From assembly GCF_963506605.1 (NCBI RefSeq), contig NC_083284.1, positions 20,522,001 to 20,586,000 of the forward strand: a stretch of 64,000 nucleotides of DNA, read 5' to 3'. Origin of the DNA: Zootoca vivipara. Taxonomy: Eukaryota. The notes below the pieces were generated by a model. The model worked only from the letters and a program-made list of their open reading frames with translations. It was not told the DNA's origin and did no database searches. A program made the translations under genes and the position numbers. Below, piece by piece: positions 42,338 through 64,000 of the stretch (its first letter is position 1; each line of letters starts with the position of its first letter).

Positions 42338-44072
42338 CAGTCATACCTCGGTTTAAGTACACATCGGTTTGAGTACTTTCAGTTTAAGTACTCCGCGGAC
42401 CCGTCTGGAATGGATTAATCCACTTTCCATTACTTACTTTCTTTCTTTTTTTAAAAAAATGTTTTTTATTTATTTCAATCATTAAAAACCATACACATAA
42501 ATCGCCTATATTCATTTTACAAAAAAAGATAACAGAAGAGAAAAGATATTTCATTGTTATATACAAAAAAATTTCACATTCAAAGAAAAGGTGTAAAAGT
42601 AAGAAAGAAGAAATAAAAAAACATTAAAAAGAAAAAAAGAAAAAGGTCTTCCAATCAAATCCTATGTAATTTATATTTATCCGTCTTATTTCACACACAA
42701 ATTTTACTTCTATATTCTCTTCCTTTAAGCTTTAACTTGGTTCAATTCTAATCTGCCTTCAGGATTTGGTTATACTTCATTTATTAATATATAATCATCA
42801 AAAATCCTCCATTCCTTTTTTATTTTTTGTTTTGATTGCCCTCTAATTTTTCCAGTGACTTTTGCTAGCTGTGAATATTCCTTCATTAAAATTTGCCAAT
42901 CTGTTATATTTGGTGCACTCTTATTTTTCCGGTTTCTTGCAATCAGAACTCTCGCAGCTACAATACCGTACATAAGTAATATTCTATTTGCATTTTTAAT
43001 ATATTCTGGTATTATGTTTAATAGGAACATCTCTGGCTTCTTTAAGATCTTACATTTCAGCATTTTCTTTTAACTCTTCATAGATGTTCTTCCAGTATTT
43101 GCTTATCTCTACACATTTCCACCACATATGCATTTGAGTTCCTATTTCCTTCTCACACCTCCAACACTTTGGTGACTTATTTTTATACATCTTGGCTAAT
43201 TTTTCAGGCGTCTGGTACCACCTGTACATCATTTTTAGAATATTTTCACATATTTTCACATAAGTTGTAACAGGCAGTAAATTTTAGATCAATTTTCCAC
43301 AGCCTCTCCCACTGTTCCATAAGGACATTGTGTCCGAGATCTTGGGCCCATCTCATCATAGTTGGTTTGGTTTGCTCCTCTTTGAGCTCCCACTCCAGCA
43401 ACAGGTTGTACATGCGTGAAATGTGTTTTCTATCATTATGTATTAATTCTTTTTTAAATTTAGACTTCTCCTTTGCAATTCCCAATTTTTTTATCCTCCA
43501 TGAATCTCTGGTTTATTTGAAAATATTGCAGCCAATCCAAAAGGTGTTTTTTAATTTCATCATATTTTCTTAATTTGGGTTCCTTTTGTATATTTCCCAA
43601 TAATTCATAATAAGGGGCAACTTTTTCCTCCATGTTTAGTTTTTTAACTGTTATTACATTTATTGGTGACATCCATAAGGGAATCTTAGGTTCCAATATA
43701 CCTTTATATTTTGTTCATATTAAATACAAAGATTTCCTTATTAAATGATTTAAGAAACCCTTGTGGACTTTAACTTTTTCATGGAGCAAGTATGAGATCG
43801 TATAAATCTTTCGCCTTTCACTTTCCATTACTTTCAATGCGAAAGTTCGCTTCAGGTTAAGTACGCTTCAGGTTAAGTACGGACTTCCGAAACCAATTAC
43901 ATTCATACTTTGGATTAAATATGCTTCAGATTGAGTACTCTGTGTACCCGTCTGGAACAGATTAATCCACTTTCCTTTCCTTTCAATGGGAAAGTTCGCT
44001 TCAGGTTAAGTACGCTTCAGGTTAAGTACAGACTTCTGGAACCAATTGTGTACTTAAACCGAGGTTCCACTG
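42338..44072. mobile_element. Tigger-like MITE hosting an L1 insertion (copy at 57379-59111)
   Basis: TIRs CAGT....CCTCGGTTTAAGTACAC with a TA TSD; internal tandem repeats GCTTCAGGTTAAGTAC. Confidence 0.75.
42436..43818 (-). mobile_element. 5'-truncated L1 LINE
   Basis: ORF2 C-terminus with CWRC...HMWWKC and AARVLIAR, A-rich tail, and a 15-bp TSD CACTTTCCATTACTT (42421-42435 and 43819-43833); frameshifted. Confidence 0.88.
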
Positions 44073-45870
44073 TATCCCGTTGTTGAAAACTTTCAGAATG
44101 GAATGTTTATTGAGATTTCAGCACCAATGACAGAGTAAAGCATGAAGACAGAACCCAGTAGGGATGTCAGATAATTCTGTCAGAAACAGAATCAGAAATT
44201 GCAACTGTTTGCATTTTTGTCCCAGGTCCAGATCAAAAATCAATCCAGCGAACATGGCCAGTACCAATCCAATGGATGCGATCAGTATTCAGTCAACCCT
44301 TGTTGTTTTTAAAACCCCACTACAGCAGGGCAGTCTTGAGCAGGTCGCGTTCCCTGGCGCTGAGGGGCGGAGATTGCTCCGGCGCCCCCGCCCTCACAGG
44401 GCACAGCATGGCTTCCACGCAGCTTTGCGGCGCAGCGCCCTGCCTACCGGCCCGGCGCCCCGCATCACTGGGACTCTACCTAGAGCCGGCCCTGCACAAC
44501 AGATATGTAATTAATGACTCTTTTAAAATTTTGTTTTGCTTTTTCCTTACAACTGAAATGGTGGGATAATTGCATAAGTTAAACATTATGTAAATTACAT
44601 AAATTACATTAAATAGCCAACAGTGACACAATTCATGCAGTATTTGGGGAAAACCAAACTGTAGCAGATTATAATGAAGACAAGTTTGGATAGAAATTGC
44701 TGCTTTCATACATCTTTGGCGTCTTTGTTGGAGTCTTTGTACTTCGCATTGCTGATTCCACACAAGCTGTTGGTAGCAGATGGAGTAATGTAAGCTAAGC
44801 AATGGAAACCCTACAGTGAATGGTCACTAGACGTCTGGTATAAAAAACTGGTCAGGAGCTAACACACCCAGTAACTCTTGCAAGGGAACAGCAAGGAAGC
44901 ATGGCATGTTGTATGCAGAGGTGGGTTGGGTGGTGGTGGTGGAATTCACTAAGAAGAAAAGCTGCGGAAGGAAACCTCCGCAATCCCATTGACAAATCTG
45001 GAAAGGATGGTGTTTCCTTTGTACCACAAAGGCAGCTAAATTCTTTGTAGTTTGGCTTATCTCTTAGTCTCACTTTTTTGTTTGCAGTTTTGAGTAATAC
45101 ACATTATTGCAAGCAATATAATATAACAAGAAATACAATGCATTTCTGTATGTTGTTTTCACGAATATAGTCGTTTTCAATGCACACTTTTTCGGCGCAA
45201 GATTGTGTGCGGTGCCCAAAACGCCTGCCATGCTCTAACACAAAAAAAGAGTTAAGAACCATGAGAAACTACAATACTTTTTTTGGGTGGTACCTTGATT
45301 CATGCCTTCCTTTTGGGGGAGGAAGGGGGCTTGGGGGTATTGCACTAGGGCTCCCAACCACCTTAATCTGGACAAACTGTTTATTGAGCATTCAGCCTGA
45401 TTTGTTTGTGGGGAGATTAGATTGCATCAACTAAGTGTTAACCTGCACTCTCTGTTGCATTTCTCCATCACCTTCCTTACTGCAAACAGTTGGATCCACA
45501 GCCAGGATATTCCAAGATGTGATTCAATCCCATCCAAAAGTACTGTAGTAACATTGGGGAAGTGCCCTTTATCCCACTATCCTTTGTCCTGAAGAACTTT
45601 CGGATCAGCCAAGTCACAAAAAATCTCAACAATCCACCTCCTGTTAAACATTTGTGCCCTTAAGCAAGAAAATGTGATTTGCAAGCTCTCTCTCTCCTAC
45701 CCTCCCCCCCCCCCCCGGTATTGTTTTTTTGCATGCTGGTGCTAATTTAGATTAAAATGCAAGTACTGTACAGCGTTCATCTCTTTGATCTGTTCCAAAG
45801 GTCTTTTGAATTACTTCTTTACAGCTGTGTGCTCTTTCTCTCTCTCACTCTCTCTTACTCTCTCTCACAC

Positions 45871-45917
<47 letters not shown>
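45871..45917. repeat. (TAA)n microsatellite (shorter copy at ~60955-60995)
   Basis: Direct inspection; unit 2 has two fewer repeats. Confidence 0.9.
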
Positions 45918-46849
45918 GCACAGTTATAAAAAGCAGCATGGACACATCCTGTGTCAATGGCTGGGAATCCAATTCCTTATCTGCAGTGCAGTAGGGACAA
46001 AAAGGCACCCAATAACCACATTGCGCACTGTAAATGGGTTGGAGGGCACACTGAATACCTAGTACAAGACAAATGTCTCTGCATCATCTACATCTAGTTC
46101 CTGATTTAGGAAGTGAGGCTCTTCACACAAAAGCTGTTTTCCTGGATCATGGTTTTAATATTTTGCTCTGATTTCTATTTTTAAAAATCACATGAAAAAG
46201 GGTTTTTTTCTCTGCTCTTCATTTTTTTTTTTAAATGATGTTTTCACAAAGCATGAAACAAGAAAACAGGACGTACAGAGCACACATTTGCTATTCATTG
46301 TACAGAAATAAAAGTATTTTATCCAAAGATTTCGAACTGCTAGTTTGGCAGGAGCTGGGACTGAGCAACAGGAGCTCACCCCATTGCGAGGATTCAAACC
46401 GCTGACCTTCTCTAGTACTAGTAGTTTTGTACCCACCAATGCTTAGGAATCTCTGCAGAGAGATTTCAAGCTACTGATTTACAGCATGTATACTCCGCTG
46501 GGTTCAGTGTGACTTTCCCCCAAATATATATATAAGACAGCTACCTAAACTACCCACTCGCTCACCGTTGAAATACATGATAATAATTATTTGTGTTGTT
46601 GCTTCATTAAACAGGATAGTGATAGTTTGAATCACAACATAAGATTGTTTTTATGGTAATTTTCTTCTGTTGCATTTGGAGGGAAAACGTGACAGTCTTG
46701 GGGTAGACCTACGTGTTGATAAATGAGCATTGCCAGTGACAACATTGCAGAATCCAATCATCTTCACATACAGTACATCCTACTAGGCAATGTGGCAACC
46801 TGAGCTTGCAAAGGTCATTGTCTTGTATTCTTCCTCATCAGCATGGACT

Positions 46850-54834
<7,985 letters not shown>

Positions 54835-55503
54835 GATGTAGAACTTTGTAATCCACCGTATTTGCTTCCTCTGTGTCGTTTCAGAACTTCTAGAAGTACA
54901 AAGGTTCTTCTTTGGCTTATCTTTCAACTAAACGTAACCCTTCCCCAGTTCAACGCCAAGAAATGTGGCCACTCCTCTACGTTCAGTTTGATTCCACCTG
55001 CAATTTCACAACTTTGAAGGAAGTACGTTAACAGTCCTCAGCTGCAGTACAGCACATCGTGCATTAGATTGCACTCAAGGAAATTAGTATTTTTGTGATG
55101 TTAAGAAACAACACCCTTACTGTGAGGGTGGGGATTGTAGAGAGACATTGTGTGAGTCACATGCCCCCATCACCCATGACCATCTTGAAAAAACACATGG
55201 GACACGTTGCTTGGGTCAAATATTGGCACAACTTTATTGATTACAGAGGAAGGGTTTGGCCAGGCATTGGGAAAACCATTTTAAGTGCCAGCCCACCTGT
55301 ATATCTGTGGGGTCAACTCAAGGCAAACAGGCCCCTAATGACACACATAAAGTAGGAACCCCCTTTGTGGTTGCTGCCTTGAGGAGTACTATGGCCTTCG
55401 CTCCTGCCTGGGCTTCAGAACAGAAACCACTCCTTCCAGATCCCTTTGCAGGGTTTACCATTGGCTTGATGCTTAATGCAATATATGAATATGTAATATC
55501 TTA

Positions 55504-56150
55504 TCCTATATAATAAAGTGCAAGTGTCTCTGCGTCCAGTCCCTGTGTCCGTGGGTTTGTGCTACTGCGCTACTGCACATGTGCCCCATGGGGCAGCCAT
55601 TGGGACTTGGAGCACAGAGACACAAGGCATTCGGCTCCCTCCCTCTCTCCCTCAGTTCAGTCAATCAGTCCATCAGTGATTGAGAGTCATGTGTTGTTCG
55701 TTGGCGGCGGCGGCGGCGGCGGACGGGACGGTCTGCTCTGGCCGGTTGGTCGGTCCGTGTTGGATGGAGGGTCCCGTCTGCCTCGCCTGCTCTCTCTGGA
55801 ATGTACTGGGGGGCGGCTGCCGAGTGGGAGCGAGGACTCTATGGGCGCAGGCAGTGCCGCTGAGGGAAGGTGAGAAGGACGGAAGCCGCGGCGCTGGCGG
55901 GTGGGTTGGGGGGTGGGTTGGGGGCGGGTTGGCTGTGGTGGGTGTGTTAAAAGCCGGTGAGGGGATGAAGAGAGGCCAAAGAAGTGCCAGGGCTTCGGGG
56001 AGGGAATGTGCGCGTGTATCCGCCCTCCCTCCCGTGCGAGCCAGCAAGTGACAGGCAGGCGCGCGTGCGGCTCCGCTCATGAGGGTTTTTACAAATGTTT
56101 GACAACATATATTCTAGCGCCCGTTTATTTAACGGTCTCAATGACACTAG
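55504..56150 (+). mobile_element. Non-autonomous Helitron upstream of gene D (duplicated copy)
   Basis: Same termini as the copy at 40477; hairpin CCGTT-TATTT-AACGG before CTAG|T. Confidence 0.72.
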
Positions 56151-57476
56151 TAAACCTATAAAAACCCTGGACACCCATTGATCAGGGTCCAGACTTTCTG
56201 AGGTTACTCACTGGACATTTATTGCTCAGCAATAAACCTTACTCTCAATTTCTCTACAACCACGTTTGTGATTTTTGAGAACCCACTGAACTAAGGTTTC
56301 CAGGTCCCACGCTACACTATTCCTGGGTTAGCAGAGTCTGTAACCTGAAGCGTCTGTAACCTGAAGCATCTGTAACACGAGGTACCACTGTACAGGGATT
56401 TAAGGGAACCCTGGTCATTGCATATGACCCAAATAACGTCAGGGGGAACGGCTTTTCCAACCTATCCTTGTCCCTGACATGCCGGTTTTCCAAGTGCAGG
56501 GAATATCTTGCGCGGAGGAAGATTCAAGCAAGCCGCAGCCTGCAACCTGTGAAGTGGTGCTGCCTGGAAACAAACTTTACCTGTGGCGTTTGAGGGGTAA
56601 AAGTGGGCTCAACCTTAGGAATCATTTCCACGATTATCCAAACATAGCAAAAAGTATCCAAGTACCTTTCTTCAGTTCATGGGTTGTAAATGGCACAACT
56701 TAAAATAGGATTGTGGATTCAGAAGGGCCCCAAAGCACCATCTTGTCTATGTAAAACCTGTCAGATGAAAGAGAGAATTGGGTGTGGGCCTTGATTGATG
56801 GCATTTTCTGATGGCATTGATATCAAGTATCTGTGCCTGCTAAAAACATTCTTGTTTAAACAAGCCTACCCAGATGCTTAGAAAGTTGCTGTGGATTTTA
56901 ACCACCTTTATTTGGTTAACTTTTTGCATGTTTTAATCTATTGTTGTAAAAATTTCTGAAACTTACTGTTTTATCTTTGAGGTTTTGTTGCATTTTATAA
57001 AGTAATGTATACATTTTTTCAGGTAGTATATAAATTTAATGGAAATAATATTAGTAATTTTGCTATACAGTATAAACTGCAGGCCGCAGAAAAGATTCAG
57101 AGAAGCTGCTTTCAGAGAAAGACAGCTCAGAAGAGCTGTGTTTCAAACATTTATGTTAGCTCGTATCACAATAACTGTGCAAGAAATCAGTTTATTGTGA
57201 ATTGCACACACATTTTTGTGTACTCTGGAGTTTCATGACAGGGCAGTCTTCTGTAACAACCAAATTCTCTTTTTGGTGATGCTGTATCAAACTAAGTCAT
57301 ACTCCGAGTAGCCCTAATCGCCTTAATTGACCAGCCTCTACTGGATTAAGATTCTTACTATCATATGTGATGGTTATACAGTCATACCTCGGTTTAAGTA
57401 CACATCGGTTTGAGTACTTTCAGTTTAAGTACTCCGCGGACCCGTCTGGAATGGATTAATCCACTTTCCATTACTT

Positions 57477-58857
57477 ACTTTCTTTCTTTTTTTAAAAAAA
57501 TGTTTTTATTTATTTCAATCATTAAAAACCATACACATAAATCGCCTATATTCATTTTACAAAAAAAGATAACAGAAGAGAAAAGATATTTCATTGTTAT
57601 ATACAAAAAAATTTCACATTCAAAGAAAAGGTGTAAAAGTAAGAAAGAAGAAATAAAAAAACATTAAAAAGAAAAAAAGAAAAAGGTCTTCCAATCAAAT
57701 CCTATGTAATTTATATTTATCCGTCTTATTTCACACACAAATTTTACTTCTATATTCTCTTCCTTTAAGCTTTAACTTGGTTCAATTCTAATCTGCCTTC
57801 AGGATTTGGTTATACTTCATTTATTAATATATAATCATCAAAAATCCTCCATTCCTTTTTTATTTTTTGTTTTGATTGCCCTCTAATTTTTCCAGTGACT
57901 TTTGCTAGCTGTGAATATTCCTTCATTAAAATTTGCCAATCTGTTATATTTGGTGCACTCTTATTTTTCCGGTTTCTTGCAATCAGAACTCTCGCAGCTA
58001 CAATACCGTACATAAGTAATATTCTATTTGCATTTTTAATATATTCTGGTATTATGTTTAATAGGAACATCTCTGGCTTCTTTAAGATCTTACATTTCAG
58101 CATTTTCTTTAACTCTTCATAGATGTTCTTCCAGTATTTGCTTATCTCTACACATTTCCACCACATATGCATTTGAGTTCCTATTTCCTTCTCACACCTC
58201 CAACACTTTGGTGACTTATTTTTATACATCCTGGCTAATTTTTCAGGCGTCTGGTACCACCTGTACATCATTTTTAGAATATTTTCACATATTTTCACAT
58301 AAGTTGTAACAGGCAGTAAATTTTAGATCAATTTTCCACAGCCTCTCCCACTGTTCCATAAGGACATTGTGTCCGAGATCTTGGGCCCATCTCATCATAG
58401 TTGGTTTGGTTTGCTCCTCTTTGAGCTCCCACTCCAGCAACAGGTTGTACATGCGTGAAATGTGTTTTCTATCATTATGTATTAATTCTTTTTTAAATTT
58501 AGACTTCTCCTTTGCAATTCCCAATTTTTTTATCCTCCATGAATCTCTGGTTTATTTGAAAATATTGCAGCCAATCCAAAAGGTGTTTTTTAATTTCATC
58601 ATATTTTCTTAATTTGGGTTCCTTTTGTATATTTCCCAATAATTCATAATAAGGGGCAACTTTTTCCTCCATGTTTAGTTTTTTAACTGTTATTACATTT
58701 ATTGGTGACATCCATAAGGGAATCTTAGGTTCCAATATACCTTTATATTTTGTCCATATTAAATACAAAGATTTCCTTATTAAATGATTTAAGAAACCCT
58801 TGTGGACTTTAACTTTTTCATGGAGCAAGTATGAGATCGTATAAATCTTTCGCCTTT
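57477..58857 (-). mobile_element. 5'-truncated L1 LINE (duplicated copy)
   Basis: Same element as at 42436; TSD at 57462-57476 and 58858-58872. Confidence 0.88.
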
Positions 58858-60954
58858 CACTTTCCATTACTTTCAATGCGAAAGTTCGCTTCAGGTTAAG
58901 TACGCTTCAGGTTAAGTACGGACTTCCGAAACCAATTACACTCATACTTTGGATTAAATATGCTTCAGATTGAGTACTCTGTGGACCCGTCTGGAACAGA
59001 TTAATCCACTTTTCTTTCCTTTCAATGGGAAAGTTCGCTTCAGGTTAAGTACGCTTCAGGTTAAGTACAGACTTCTGGAACCAATTGTGTACTTAAACCG
59101 AGGTTCCACTGTATCCCATTGTTGAAAACTTTCAGAATGGAATGTTTATTGAGATTTCAGCACCAATGACAGAGTAAAGCATGAAGACAGAACCCAGTAG
59201 GGATGTCAGATAATTCTGTCAGAAACAGAATCAGAAATTGCAACTGTTTGCATTTTTGTCCCAGGTCCAGAACAAAAATCAATCCAGCGAACATGGCCAG
59301 TACCAATCCAATGGATGCGATCAGTATTCAGTCAACCCTTGTTGTTTTCAAAACCCCACTACAGCAGGGCAGTCTTGAGCAGGTCGCACGCCCTGGTGCT
59401 GAGGGGCGGAGATTGCTCCGGCGCCCCCGCCCTCACAGGGCACAGCATGGCTTCCACGCAGCTTTGCAGCGCAGCGCCCTGCCTACCGGCCCGGCGCCCC
59501 GCATCACTGGGACTCTACCTAGAGCCGGCCCTGCACAACAGATATGTAATTAATGACTCTTTTAAAATTTTGTTTTGCTTTTTCCTTACAACTGAAATGG
59601 TGGGATAATTGCATAAGTTAAACATTATGTAAATTACATAAATTACATTAAATAGCCAACAGTGACACAATTCATGCAGTATTTGGGGAAAACCAAACTG
59701 TAGCAGATTATAATGAAGACAAGTTTGGATAGAAATTGCTGCTTTCATACATCTTTGGCGTCAAAAGTCAATCCAGCGAACATGGCCAGTACCAATCCAA
59801 CAGCTTCTTTGTTGGAGTCTTTGTACTTCGCATTGCTGATTCCACACGAGCTGTTGGTAGCAGATGGAGTAATGTAAGCTAAGCAATGGAAACCCTACAG
59901 TGAATGGTCACTAGACGTCTGGTATAAAAAACTGGTCAGGAGCTAACACACCCAGTAACTCTTGCAAGGGAACAGCAAGGAAGCATGGCATGTTGTATGC
60001 AGAGGTGGGTTGGGTGGTGGTGGTGGAATTCACTAAGAAGAAAAGCTGCCGAAGGAAACCTCCGCAATCCCATTGACAAATCTGGAAAGGATGGTGTTTC
60101 CTTTGTACCACAAAGGCAGCTAAATTCTTTGTAGTTTGGCTTATCTCCTAGTCTCACTTTTTTGTTTGCAGTTTTGAGTAATACACATTTTTGCAAGCAA
60201 TATAATATAACAAGAAATACAGTGCATTTCTGTATGTTGTTTTCACGAATATAGTCGTTTTCAATGCACACTTTTTCGGCGCAAGATTGTGTGCGGTGCC
60301 CAAAACGCCTGCCATGCTCTAACACAAAAAAAGAGTTAAGAACCATGAGAAACTACAATACTTTTTTTTGGGTGGTACCTTGATTCATGCCTTCCTTTTG
60401 GGGGAGGAAGGGGGCTTGGGGGTATTGCACTAGGGCTCCCAACCACCTTAATCTGGACAAACTGTTTATTGAGCATTCAGCCTGATTTGTTTGTGGGGAG
60501 ATTAGATTGCATCAACTAAGTGTTAACCTGCACTCTCTGTTGCATTTCTCCATCACCTTCCTTACTGCAAACAGTTGGATCCACAGCCAGGATATTCCAA
60601 GATGTGATTCAATCCCATCCAAAAGTACTGTAGTAACATTGGGGAAGTGCCCTTTATCCCACTATCCTTTGTCCTGAAGAACTTTCGGATCAGCCAAGTC
60701 ACAAAAAATCTCAACAATCCACCTCCTGTTAAACATTTGTGCCCTTAAGCAAGAAAATGTGATTTGCAAGCTCTCTCTCTCCTACCCTCCCCCCCCCCCC
60801 GGTATTGTTTTTTTGCATGCTGGTGCTAATTTAGATTAAAATGCAAGTACTGTACAGCGTTCATCTCTTTGATCTGTTCCAAAGGTCTTTTGAATTACTT
60901 CTTTACAGCTGTGTGCTCTTTCTCTCTCTCACTCTCTCTTACTCTCTCTCACAC

Positions 60955-60995
<41 letters not shown>

Positions 60996-61931
60996 GCACA
61001 GTTATAAAAAGCAGCATGGACACATCCTGTGTCAATGGCTGGGAATCCAATTCCTTATCTGCAGTGCAGTAGGGACAAAAAGGCACCCAATAACCACATT
61101 GCGCACTGTAAATGGGTTGGAGGGCACACTGAATACCTAGTACAAGACAAATGTCTCTGCATCATCTACATCTAGTTCCTGATTTAGGAAGTGAGGCTCT
61201 TCACACAAAAGCTGTTTTCCTGGATCATGGTTTTAATATTTTGCTTTGATTTCTATTTTTAAAAATCACATGAAAAAGGGTTTTTTTCTCTGCTCTTCAT
61301 TTTTTTTTAAAAAAAATTGATGTTTTCACAAAGCATGAAACAAGAAAACAGGACGTACAGAGCACACATTTGCTATTCATTGTACAGAAATAAAAGTATT
61401 TTATCCAAAGATTTCGAACTGCTAGTTTGGCAGGAGCTGGGACTGAGCAACAGGAGCTCACCCCGTTGCGAGGATTCAAACCGCTGACCTTCTCTAGTAC
61501 TAGTAGTTTTGTACCCACCAATGCTTAGGAATCTCTGCAGAGAAATTTCAAGCTACTGATTTACAGCATGTATACTCCGCTGGGTTCAGTGTGACTTTCC
61601 CCCAAATATATATATAAGACAGCTACCTAAACTACCCACTCGCTCACCGTTGAAATACATGATAATAATTATTTGTGTTGTTGCTTCATTAAACAGGATA
61701 GTGATAGTTTGAATCACAACATAAGATTGTTTTTATGGTAATTTTCTTCTGTTGCATTTGGAGGGAAAACGTGACAGTCTTGGGGTAGACCTACGTGTTG
61801 ATAAATGAGCATTGCCAGTGACAACATTGCAGAATCCAATCATCTTCACATACAGTACATCCTACTAGGCAATGTGGCAACCTGAGCTTGCAAAGGTCAT
61901 TGTCTTGTATTCTTCCTCATCAGCATGGACT

Positions 61932-63899
<1,968 letters not shown>

Positions 63900-64000
63900 T
63901 TACAATGCCATAAAAAAGGAGCAAAATGTTGCTTAAAGGTCTGGCAGTCCCACAGATTTATAGCCTGAATCCGTCCTTGTACTTGGGTTATGCAATGAGA

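Noticed and set aside
43840-44060. Short repeat-spacer-like array (GCTTCAGGTTAAGTAC)
   Set aside because: Internal repeats of a MITE in a vertebrate genome, not CRISPR.

Overview
Vertebrate (squamate, probably lacertid lizard, inferred from Sauria SINE, BovB and CR1 content) genomic DNA holding a tandem cluster of zinc-dependent medium-chain alcohol dehydrogenase (ADH) genes, all on the minus strand with the canonical 9-exon structure. I could reconstruct four complete genes with GT-AG junctions and open frames. Gene A (3785-15262) and gene B (18962-28655) are non-class-I, probably avian ADH-F/class VII-like. Genes C (31706-39807) and D (46850-54834) are class I. Two further genes are partial: gene 0 (exon 1 only, at 576-593) and gene E (exons 8-9, at 61932-63859). 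C, D and E lie in a very recent ~15.1-kb tandem array. Gene A intron 7 carries an apparently intact, very young Ty3/Gypsy (Mag-like) LTR retrotransposon. It has LTRs that look identical, a 5-bp TSD, a tRNA-Ser PBS and a single 1356-aa gag-pol ORF, and it lies in the same orientation as the host gene. Other repeats include a solo LTR, Helitron, L1, RTE/BovB, CR1, SINEs, MITEs and microsatellites, and there is a 167-bp N gap. I found no convincing wholly new biological system. The best leads are the young intronic retrotransposon, the active-site-divergent ADH paralogues and the mosaic ADH1 copy-number array. Identity figures are estimates by eye.
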